A stretch of 64,000 bases of DNA, from NCBI GenBank assembly GCA_002269645.1, contig NIVC01001411.1, forward strand, positions 62,937 through 126,936. The letters are read 5' to 3'. This stretch comes from Macrostomum lignano (taxonomy: Eukaryota). Numbering within the stretch: the stretch's first letter is position 1; each line of letters begins with the position of its first letter. The position numbers were made by a program, and so were the translations under genes. Below the pieces are notes generated by a model, which was not told the DNA's origin, searched no databases, and was given only the letters and a program-made list of their open reading frames with translations. Positions 33,626 to 45,135 of this stretch are shown in pieces.

Positions 33626-35892
33626 TGCCCACTCTCTAGTAAAAAATGCAAAGAAATTGTTTTACATAAATAAGGAAGTCAGTCGAAGAACAAAGACTGC
33701 AATCTCAAACACTGAGTCCTCTACAATTCGGTGATTGACACGGCAGGACTCAGTGAAGGAGGAAGGAAGCTGCTTGAAGATGGTGAAAGTGATGCAGGAC
33801 CGCGGCCCGGAGGACAGAGGCTGGCGAAAGCTGCGAATCCAAGAGTGAGGTGGAGGGGCAGAAAGATTTACAATAAATCGACTTTTCTTGTTTGGATCCA
33901 TTTTTTCTCACGGCAGAAGTTGTTAATTAACAAGGGTGTGGCGGCTGCTAGCGGGGGGGGGTGTTAGAAGCGCGAAGGTGGGGGCTGAGAGGCAAGCGGC
34001 TTGAGTCCCGATAATGCCGACCTGCTCGGGCACTGGCGGAGTATCGGCTTTTTGCCTTCCTTCTAATGCTCCCCTTTAGGGAGAAAATATTCTGGGGAGT
34101 TAAGGGGGTGGGGAATTTGATCCTCAGACCGTGGGGGCTTGAGCTGCGCTGAGCAGGTTTTGCGGAACCCCTGAAGTGGGTAAAAAACTGCCTCTGGCAA
34201 ACAGAATAAGTGCGGCAGCTTTTTCACAATGAAGTCGAAGTAAATCCTATAGGGGGGGGGGAGGGCGCGCCAGCTTCAAGACAGCTCGGTGCTTCCCAGC
34301 CGGGATTCGAAGTCCTGAGCCCGAGTATCTCCTGCGCCGTAATGGTCTATTTAAGTCTTGAGTACAATGCTCTGAGCAGCTTTGCTCTTCTATCTGCTCA
34401 GGCATCAGCTGCCCCATCATTATCTGTGTGGGTGGAAGGACTTCTCGGCCATCCTTTTTTAAAGATTCTGAGCGACGAACTGAGCAATTTCTCGAGCTCA
34501 AAGAGAGCAGTCATGAGGACTGCGGGCAATTATTTGTAAGGAATCTCCTGGCTTTTTGTGCGAGAGAAGTTTGCAAATAACTAAGTAGCAGAGTAGAGGC
34601 AGCTCACCATGATGCCGGAAACACTTTGAGAGTCTGCAGCAGAGCAGAAATTGCTACTGGCAGATCGGGGGCGAAGTCCGCGGTTCGAATCCAGCACCCA
34701 AGCAGTTTAACCTGAGCCCTGCTGAGCATCAGCAGTATAAGTAACGGACACTCCCAAGCATGGCTGAGCCGCCTGTCACAGTGCGGCCAATCAAAACTGC
34801 CCCGTGAGGCCGGTGGCAGAGCTGTGAGGTGAGAGAGAGAGCCGGTGGCGGGGGTCCATAGCGACCCGCTGCTCCCATTGCTCAAAGTTTTAGCCCCGGC
34901 AATTTTATTGGGGATGGAGTTGAGCTGAGTGAGCCGCTGCTCATGATGACAAAATGGCCCGGCAGGATGGGGGGTGCTGGAGACAGCCGCGATCCCCCAG
35001 CATCTCCGTCCTCCGCCACCCCCCCGTCTCTCCGTGTGAATAATAATTATTTTTCATGAATTGCCCGGAGAGATCAGTGGGGATATTGGGGACTGGCTTG
35101 GGGTGGCGGAACTTCTGCCCAAGTGGAAATTGAAGAGCCGGACTGACGGCTTGGAGAATGCTTATTATCCAGTCTGTATTGATTTTTTTTCCAAAAATCT
35201 TTTTATTCCTTTTCGAACTGCTCGCTTTGGCATTTGCGTGCCCCGACTGAGGTCCTGCACTCCTTGCTGCTCCTGCAGAACTCCAACCAGGCAAGGCACG
35301 GGGATTGCCATCGTTTAGGGTTATTAACAAATGAGTTGGCGCCCTGCACCGCATATTTTATTTAACAGTCCACGCCGTGTTTGTGTAAATGAACTCAGCC
35401 GGACAATGGTGGATGGGGCTGGAGTGGGCAGCGGAGGCTGGGTGGTGGGGTGGGTGCGCAGAGTGCCATTCTGCTGGTAGCGGGGAGAGGCGCCCCACGC
35501 GCGCGCGCAGACTTCCCAGTGGGATGGGATAATTATGGAATTATCATCGCTCACGCGGGTTTTATGACAATTCAATTGTATGCTGGGCCCTGAGCTGAGG
35601 TGAGCATCCTTGATCTGCTTGCAGGCAATCGGCAGGTAACAGCGGTTTGCTTCTCATGGCCTTTAATTATCTGTTCAGGCATTTTTGCATCGGGGCGGCT
35701 TCGGGCTCTCAGCTTGCTATTTAATGTGAGCGGCAGTCCGCGGTGACTCAGCGCTGAGTAGCCTGCAAAATCAGCAACATTTTACACGCAGTTTGTGTAA
35801 TATCTGTCACAAGTTTTGGGGTGAGGATTTAGTTAATCGTTGCCACTATAGTTTCTTTATTTTATCCACTAACTGCAGGAACATTGTTTCAG

Positions 35893-36205
35893 CACACCTA
35901 AGTCTACTTTGAGCACACCTAAGCCTACTTTGAGCACACCTTAGTCTACTTTGAGCACACCTTAAGTCTACTTTGAGCAGACAAAAGCCTACTTTGAGCA
36001 CACCTAAGCCTACTTTGAGCACACCTTAGTCTACTTTGAGCACACCTAAACCTACTTTGAGCACACCTAAACCTACTTTGAGCACACCTTAGTCTACTTT
36101 GAGCACACCCAAGCCTACTTTGAGCACACCTTAAACCTACTTTGAGCACACTTCAGTCTACTTTGAGCACACCTTAAGTCTACTTTGAGCACACCTAAAC
36201 TGACT
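35893..36205. repeat. 21-22-bp minisatellite AG(T/C)CTACTTTGAGCACACCT(T/A)A
   Basis: About 14 copies. Confidence 0.92.
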
Positions 36206-37477
36206 TTTGGCATTTATGAGTCGTCCACTTTGAGCATAGTTTGAGCACAGTGAAAATTCTCCATGCTGTTTACTCCACTTGAAGTCAAACAACAAGTCAA
36301 CCCATCGCACTCTGAAATCGAGCCCACATCAACGTCGAATTTTCGTTCTAATTAAAAATTCGATTTAAATTTTCCTTCCCAACGCGGCAGCAAATTTGAA
36401 ATTTGAGTCGGGTTTCTTGATTAGTCGGACTCGGGTTTCGGGTGGACAAATGTCCTGTTGTTTTACACTTTACTACTCAAAGTAGGCAGCTGCGCAAATT
36501 TTCCCGCCGTGTGAAAAAATCATTTTAAGTTGGCAATTCTAAGAACAGCAGCCCATCACCTGAGCCTGTCAATCAACTCGCGGAGTGGAGGGGAGAGCGG
36601 CGTTAACGAGCTGCACTCGCCAGTCTGGAATCCCTATATTTGAGCAGCAATAAAGTGCTCAGGCAAATATTCATCGAGGTAGGCCTCCCAGTCAGCTATC
36701 AGCAGGCTCTCTGCATTCCTGCTTGTTCTCCCCGGCTCCATGGCAACGCAGCAGCATGCAGTTTTCTCTCTAACCCCTGCTCTCTCCCCCTGTCCCTGCT
36801 CCATCAGCTACAATACGATTCCGCATTCCCCAAATCATCGCTACTGGGAGCAGAGAATTCGCAGATTACAATCTGAATGCGTTAAATGCGGGTTGAAGAG
36901 CGAGAGAGGGGGGCAGGAGGGCCAGCAAAAATCACTAGAAGCAGTTTCATTCTCAACAATAGCGATTTCGTGAATGCGAGGTCGCCGTTCGCAATTCACA
37001 GCAGTGTGTGCGGCCTCCTGAGACCGTGGAACGTTGAAAAAGCGCTTGGGTCAATTGATGAATAGAGGCAGTAGCAGAAATGCAGCTGGGGCTGACTTGA
37101 GATGGAGGAGAGAGAGCGGGGGCGGGGGCAGAGAAGCCAAAGAATTAGAAAATGCTTAGCGCTGGTCTTGACTGCTGCAGCGACTCATGATTAGCGCTTA
37201 GAGGGGCTGCTCTGCATTCCTGGCTCTCCCACCCCCCTGCGTGTCTGCCTGCGTGCACAGCCCAGCTGCTTGTGGCCTCAGCCAATGAGAACTCGCTAGA
37301 GACACACGCGGATGAAGGAGAGATACTGCCGTGGCAGAAAACAAGTCGACTTGAGGCCATAAATCTCTGGCGCGGTAAACAGCTATTTTCAAATATTTAA
37401 AACAGAAACTGCTTGTTAGCAGCCTTTTCTGCGAATTCCTTGTTTGCCAGGCGATTACAATTCGAATTTGAGCCGTC

Positions 37478-40400
37478 ATGACGGACGCGATTTTGATGCT
37501 CGACCGAGTGAGCCGCGCCCTGACCGAGCCGCCCAGCGACCGGAACGAGGACGACCTGGTGATGATCATGAACTGGTTCAAGGACTTGTCCAGGGCCGAG
37601 GAGAAGAAGGGGAAAGTCTGCGTGCTGGGCGAGCTGGACGACGGTGAGTTTGAAAATGCATTTTTGGCCTGCTTTGGTGCCTTTGTGACTTGAAGATCTC
37701 GTGCCGTTGGGGCTGACAGCGAGTTGCTCATAGGGTTCAGCGGTAAGCCGGTCTGACTCGCGACCCCTGGTTCGACCTTTACGCGACCAATTTTATTTGG
37801 GGATTGAGCATGAAAACTGACCAGGCTGTTGGCGTGCGATTCACGCCCACGAGGGTAGAGTTAGAATAAGGGTAGGGTGGTTTTAGTTCGATTTTCTGCC
37901 CTGTGAAATTACTATAGTTAATGAACGGCAGGGGTTGCTGGTCTGATAAGGGTGTGTACATTGTGGGCGGCAGGGGTTGCTGGTCTGATAAGGGTGTGTA
38001 CATTGTGGGCGACAGGGGTTGCTGGTCTGATAAGGGTGTGTACATTGTGGGCGGCAGGAGTTGCTGGTCTGATAAGTGTGTGTACATTGTGGGCGGCAGG
38101 GGTTGCTGGTCTGATAAGGGTGTGTACATTGTGGGCGGCAGGGATTGCTGGTCTGATAAGGGTGCTGGTAAGGTTCAGGGAGTTGGTGGACAAAAGGTGG
38201 AGAGAAAGTTATGGACGGAGGATGTAGCGTTTCTTCCCGTACAGCCACTCATATCCATGGAGCTCCTATTGAAATCTGCGCATCTGTAAGCTAAAGGTGC
38301 TCAGTGCCATGCACAGACGAGCAGTATAGTTCAGTTGTAAAAGTTGAGAAGCCCGCCTACGTTGCGAAGTTCCCTTTTTATATAAAAAACAAGAAATTTG
38401 CCATTGTAAAGTAAAGAAGGTTTTTCACGTAAGTTTTGAAACCTTTGCTTTGAAAAATTCATCACTATAGCTAGCTGGCAGCCAAGGGGGGCACAGATGA
38501 TGAGTTCTGCTCTTCAGAGCGAGACTATCAACGACAATGACAGCTACTCACGGGTGGCACACCCTGGCTACTAAAAGACTGCTAGCAGCGAACATACTTA
38601 AATTTAGCTGCAGAATTCAGACCCCAGTTTGCAGCGTACATTTTGTAGCCGCTGCGGCATTTTCCATAGCCAGTCCGACAGAGAATGACAGACGGCCGCT
38701 GTCAAAGTCCCAGGTTTTGCGTCTCTGAAAATGCCGCAAATTGAGAAGAGATTGATGCAGCCCTCTGAGGCTGGGTTCAAGTGGACTCGAGCAAAGATGC
38801 TTTTAGCTTTTACTAAAAAACATAGAACAAGTGCACTTGAGTGTTTGGTCAAACTGGAAAATGATGAGGCATTTGAGGGTTACCGTTGACAGAACCAACT
38901 CAATGCGAATCAATAGCAGATTGACAGCGAAATTCGAAGTCGGTTGAGGGCAGATTCAGAGTCGATTGAGGGCAGATTCAGAGTCGATTGAGGGCAGATT
39001 CAGAGTCGATTGAGGGCAGATTCAGAGTCAAATGAGGGCAGATTCAGAGTCAAATGAGGGCAGATTCAGAGTCGATTGGGGGCAGATTCAGAGTCAAATG
39101 AGGGCAGATTCAGAGTCAAATGAGGGCAGATTCAGAGTCAAATGAGGGCAGATTCAGAGTCAAATGAGGGCAGATTCAGAGTCAAATGAGGGCAGATTCA
39201 GAGTCAAATGAGGGCAGATTCAGAGTCGATTGAGGGCAGATTAAACTTAGATCGATTGAGTCTACATTGATCTGAAGTAGAAGTTGATGACTCTTGAACG
39301 CCTCTCATCACAACCGCGCCGCAGGTGTGCTGAAGGCCCTCGTCAAAGACTCGGTGCTGGAGACGTGGGAAACTGGCCGCATCCTCATCAAGCAGGGCAA
39401 CACAGGCGACTTCATGTACATCATCCTGTCCGGCGAGTGCGAGGTCCGCGTCTCCAGCAACGAGAACTCCTGGAAGGAGGGCGACGTCATCCTGGGCGGG
39501 CAAAAGGAGTTTGGCGACGCGCTGGGCTTTCTGGTCGGCGTGGTGGGGCGTGAGTTTACTGGACTAGCAATCCGCACTCAGGGGTTGCCAATCCCAATGG
39601 GCTCGAGCATTAATCGCCAGCCCTACAAGGATTGCTATTGTGAAGCTACAAAGACCCGAGGGCCGGAGCTTGCCGACCCCTGCTATAGAGCACGTATATT
39701 TACCAGGCTCACGAGGAATTGCAGAAGTGATTATTAGTAAATTAGCAAACGACTTCGTAAGAATTATTGTATAAGACATCAGAGTGAAAAATTCATGACT
39801 TGAAGTTCTTTAATCGGCCTTATAGCAGCTCTGAGATGAGGATAAATACAGGGTGGCAGAATTCTACCCCCACTGGTCACTCCTGGGTTGTTAAGCTGCA
39901 TCAGCTGCATCTACAGCATGACGTCACTCTCCGTCCCTCTCCCCCCTCAGCCGGCTCGGTGATCGGCGAGGTCGCCCTGGTGAAGAACGTGACCCGCACA
40001 GCCAACGTGATCGTGAGCCCCAGCACCGAGGCCTGCACTCTCATCCGGATCTCTCGCGACCTGTTCAACCGCACCCTGCAGGAGCAGCTGCGCAGACTCG
40101 AGCAGGAGCGCGAGGACTTCACCAATGGGTTCCATCTGGTGAGCAACTTCAACCCGAAGCTTAGGCAGCAGTTTATCCGAGCCCTGATGAAGGAAAAGCA
40201 CTACAATGGCGACATCATTGTACGACAGGGCGACAAGATTGAGGACATCTACTTTATCGTCAGGTAAATCGAAAAATGAAGGGAAAGAAAGCGAGCTTGC
40301 GTGCCAAGGGCACGGGTCACTTCTCGCTTGATGCATCTAGGGAGCTGGGTTACCATTTTTGATCTCCTGGGACGCCATTTTTGATGCCAGGGCGCCATTT

Positions 40401-41370
40401 TTGATGCCAAAGCGCCATTTTTGATGCCAGGGCGCCATTTTTGATGCCAGGGCGCCATTTTTGATGCCAAAGCGCCATTTTTGATGCCAGGGCGCCATTT
40501 TTGATGCCAGAATGCCATTTTTGATGCCAGGGCGCCATTTTTTATGCCAGGGCGCCATTTTTGATGCCAGGGCGCCATTTTTGATGCCAGGGCGCCATTT
40601 TTGATGCCAGGGCGCCATTTTTGATGCCAGGGCGCCATTTTTGATGCTAGGGTGCCATTTTTGATGCCAGGTGCGCTGTTTAAAGTGGCTGCCCTTTAGA
40701 AAGCAACTTCGGGAGCCACTTTGGTGTTTATGGGACACGGGGAATTTCGATTCAAGGCTTGGGCGCCATTGAACAACATCAACTTTCGCCACGCTATAAA
40801 CCACCTGAATATTTCTAACTGGCTTACCGCAGCGGTGACGTCATCCTGTACCTGAACCCCAACAAGTTGGTGTCCCAGTACGAGCTGCACCTGCAGGCCA
40901 AGAATGTGTACTCAATTTTGCCCGAGGCCTCCAAAAAGCCACCGGGCGGTCTGCTGCACCGTCACGTGACCACGCCGCGGCCGCAGGACAGTAACGGCTT
41001 CGGCTCGCCGACTCTGCCGCTGTCGATGCAGCCGATGAGCGGCAGCACGAAGGTGATCTGGAGCTGCGTCAGCAAGAACGGCATGCTGGGCGACTTCGAG
41101 GTGCTCGCCCAGCTGCCCAGCCGCATGACAACGGCCGTGGCGCAGACGGAGACGGTGCTGTTCCGCATGAACCTGCCCGAGTTCCGCCGCCTGGTGATCA
41201 AGGAGGGCCGCGAGACCGACAAGGAGGCGCGCAGCCTGGCGAAAACGGCGCTGCGCTACCGCAACGGCAAGCGCCGGGAGAAGCTGGACGCGCGCGGTCA
41301 GACGGAGAGCGAAGTGAGCTTTGTTGACTACCTGATCCGGGCCATCGACCAGCTGGCCATGCCAACCTGA
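37478..41370 (+). CDS. Cyclic nucleotide-binding domain protein with two CNB domains (CNBD1/2-like), ~413 aa. join(37478-37643, 39325-39549, 39951-40263, 40833-41370)
   Basis: CNB-A: ILIKQGNTGDFMYIILSGECEV...GSVIGEVALVKNVTRTANV. CNB-B: IIVRQGDKIEDIYFIVSGDV...MLGDFEVLAQLPSRMTTAVA. Canonical GT-AG sites with phases 1/1/2 that close the frame (1242 nt). Confidence 0.88.
37925..38165. repeat. 42-bp minisatellite GGCAGGGGTTGCTGGTCTGATAAGGGTGTGTACATTGTGGGC
   Basis: About 5.5 copies in CNBD intron 1. Confidence 0.92.
38945..39243. repeat. 22-bp minisatellite GAGGGCAGATTCAGAGTC(AAAT/GATT)
   Basis: About 13 copies in CNBD intron 1. Confidence 0.93.
40372..40670. repeat. 20-bp minisatellite GCCATTTTTGATGCCAGGGC
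   Basis: About 15 copies in CNBD intron 3. Confidence 0.93.
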
Positions 41371-43011
41371 CATGTTCAATGCAGATTTTTCCTGGATTCA
41401 TTTCCCCCTGATCTTCTGAGCGAACTTTCTATTTTTAGATCGTACTTCGTACTTTGTGCCCTCGCTAGTTTCCATTAATCCCAGCCTTTCCTTTTCTGTT
41501 CACTGGTCGGCCCTCCAGGATGCTTCGCTACAAAGCAATCATTAAAACTTTTCCAGGTTCAATTTGACTGCTCCGGCTTTATTTGCCGTCAAATTTATTT
41601 GTTTTAGCCAGCAGTCTTTTAGCTTTTTGAAACTGTGCCCCATGCAGTTTGCCAATGCATGAATTGAAAAGAACTATTTACAGGTAGATTATTCACTTTA
41701 CCAATCAATTTAACTTTGTACTTTTACATGTCGTGGATGCACTTACAACCAGTAGTATGTTGCAGGAGCAATTAATCACTATGTATAGATACCGAAGTAC
41801 TATAAAAATTTGAAGCTTTGATGCGAAAATAATCTATTTCTTTGAAATTAATTTTCTTACTAAACTCAGTTTTTACTCTATTCAAGTTGGTCTACATTGA
41901 CATCGGCTCTTCTATACAGAAGTTGCAGCACAATTGGCACTTATTACAGAAAGCACAATCTGCACTAATTACAACACAATTGGCACTAATTACAGCACAA
42001 TCGGAACTAATTACAGCCCAATGCTATTTATAGCCCCGGTGCTTACACAGAGCAGTCTAAGACTGAGCTTCGTAAATAATAAATAACTAATTAGTAGGCA
42101 GCTTTGCACGATAAGAGATTAAGCGAAGCTGCCGCACTCTGTTTTGAGTAAACCTGACCCCACCGAGCTCAACTTGGCTACCGAAAGAAAATGAAATAAA
42201 TCTTCTGTCATGAATAAAAGCCGAACTTGAAGCTGGAATCTCTTTGAACTTACCCAATTTAAGCTGCAGCACCTAGCCAAAAGAGGCCATTGTCTGGCTG
42301 ACTTCGCACAAATTCAAAAACATTTGGGTGCTGGAAGAGACAGGCGCGGGTCTCCAGAACAACCCGAGCAGAAGCCGGGTGGATGCATTCGATGTCGCTG
42401 TGAGCGCCTGGCCCATTCTGGCATCCGACATCGGTGAACCGACGCTGCCAGACAACAAGGTCCTCGGATGTCACTTGTTGAAGGCTACACATGTAAGCAG
42501 AGCGAGCACGAGCCCCTGGAGTTACCGTGGAGTCGAATGACAAATCCTAATTGATCGAGCATTCTACGAGCTAGGTTGGCGACAGTCCTCTCGGTAGAGT
42601 GGCAATTTAAATCTGGTTGAGAAACAACTCCACCTAAAGCTTTACTCCTTGCATAAACTTTGTGCTTCTAATAGGCATCTACGAATCTCCAACGCACATT
42701 TATACCATAGCAGTGTTCATGGCCTCTCAAGGATGCGCTCAACAAGCAATCAAGAAACAATGAGCTGCAATTTTTACAGCTGGTATTAGCAATTCGTAGC
42801 TCTGAGCACGAGCAAGAAGGTAAAATATTCCAGGATTTCGTATTACGAGAAACACACACTCACACACACACACACACTGTACGCTTCCATGCCGCGTATT
42901 TTTGCTTAAGAGGCTAAAAAACGAACTTTAAAATTGCATTTCGATAGCAATGGTCCTGTTGCTTTTTCATTGATGAGACAGAGATGGGAACGGCTGAAAT
43001 TTTGTGACTCT

Positions 43012-43410
43012 CGGGGGGGTATTGCTGAGATGTCAAGGCTGATGGGGGTATTGCTGAGATGTCAAGGCTGATGGGGGAATTGCTGAGATGTCAAGGCTGA
43101 TGGGGGAATTGCTGAGATGTCAAGGCTGATGGGGGTATTGCTGAGATGTCAAGGCTGATGGGGGTATTGCTGAGATGTCAAGGCTGATGGGGGTATTTCT
43201 GAGATGTCAAGGCTGATGGGGGTATTGCTGAGATGTCAAGGCTGATGGGGGAATTGCTGAGATGTCAAGGCTGATGGGGGTATTGCTGAGATGTCAAGGC
43301 TGATGGGGGAATTGCTGAGATGTCAAGGCTGATGGGGGAATTGCTGAGATGTCAAGGCTTACGGGGAGAATTTTTGAGACGTCAAGGCTAATGCAGGAAT
43401 TGCTGAAATG
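43012..43410. repeat. 29-bp minisatellite GGGGG(T/A)ATTGCTGAGATGTCAAGGCTGAT
   Basis: About 12 copies plus a degenerate tail. Confidence 0.93.
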
Positions 43411-45135
43411 CTGTGGCTCATGGGGGCTGCTCAGAGGCTTGGATTCCAAAGCTCACAGGGGATGCCGATATCTTAGGCTAGATAGCTGGCTTTCAGGGCG
43501 AATGTTTTTTGCTTTAAACGTCATTTTTCTTAAGAAGCTAGCAAGTGTTTGCACAAGGTCAGAACCTTACATGTAGTTATGCAAGAACTTTTATTTTTTT
43601 CTTTGTTGCTTCTTCCGCGGAGGGGGGCGCAGCTTGCTAGTCATATATACTAAAACTTTTTGCCTAAAATTTCAGAGTTCGCTTTTGTATGTATGGTGGC
43701 TTTCCTAACTATTCCAATTTCATAGAGGGCAGAGCTTGGGGAGCTTCCTGATGGCTCATGCATAACACAGAAGCTGCCGAGCCGCCAATCTTACTGATTG
43801 CTTTTCTGCGGAACTCGGGTCAGAGTGGCCGGTCTATCTATCTGCAACAACAAAGTCAGTTCAGACTAATCAGCCTGGCCAGACTAATCAGAAGTCTTAA
43901 TCCTTTTTATCGGCGTGTTCCGGCCGCGGGGAAGGCAAAGCGGGGAGTTGAGACTGTCTTAGAATTTTTTGAACTCTTTCCCCCCAAAGTGCACTTTTTC
44001 ATCGCCGAACAAAACGTCCCGAGTCCGGCCACGAGACGTGTCTCATTCCAGTGCGCGACGAATTTTTTTACTAAGTAAAAATTCAAGCTCAAGTTCTAAG
44101 AGAAATTGAAACACAGCGTTGGCGAGACAAATGTTGCAAGTGCTCCCAGCATCGAAGTCGGAGGCGGATTTGCATCGACTGACAGCAACTGGGCTGAGGC
44201 TGAGGCACATCCCAGGGGATTCAATGCGATTTTGCCAACAAAAATCGAAGGCAGACTCGGCCGCTGCTGCGGGAATGCAATTGCCAGGGGGAACAAGGAG
44301 TTGAACAGGAATCCAGGCGAGTAAGGTATAGGATAAGAAAAGCAGTTTGCGCACGAAAATCTTGGCATAAATTGATTTATTCCGCTAAAGTCACTGCGCG
44401 GCTCCGGCAGGCCAAATAAAAGCTGGAAATAGAGTCAGAGAGGATGGAAGGCGCCATAAGTGCATTCCATTTCCAAGAATGCAATTGCTCCCGACCAGTT
44501 TATGAGGAAGAATTCCCTGAACTAGCAGAGCGCGCGCCGCAGCTCGAATATTAACAGTGCTATAGCGGTCAGCGAGGACTCAGCTGGCGCAGCCGGGCAA
44601 TCTCAGGTCGGAGATGCCCCGACATCATTTGTCGCTGATTTTCAACGTCCAAATGGGGGAACGGGCAGCAAAACACTTCTTATACTAATGGAGTGCGACC
44701 GAATCCCTTCGGGGAGTTGAAGTGGCCGAGCGTCCTCTCCACCCCCGAGCCGGACCAAGTCGTGACCGAGAGGAGCTGCCGAACTCCCTACACGGCCTTT
44801 CTAATTTAACTGTGCAGGCCGATGACGTGCCACACTCTCACCTGGCATCCAGACGGAGAGGCGCGAGACAGAAAATAATTAAGTTCTGTCATTCAACTTT
44901 TTTAGGTCTCGAAAGAAAGTTCTTTTAACTCTAAAAAATCGGAAAATGACATTGCGGGTGATAAATCTGTAGCCTATTAATATTGTTTCATTTAGTCAAT
45001 GGAATAATCACCGCAGTTTTGATCAGTTTAATCAAGAGTATTGATAGAAAATCATCGATTTATCAAATTCGAATACGCGCGATTCGTCCAATCAGAAACT
45101 TTGAGAGTTTAAAGTTCAATTTGCTCATCCAGGAT

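Noticed and set aside
34247-34540. Short ORFs in the protocadherin-CNBD intergenic region
   Set aside because: No motifs or credible splice-phase links to either gene.
42290-42500. Isolated exon-like ORF ending at CAT|GTAAGC
   Set aside because: No clear acceptor, partner exons or homology.
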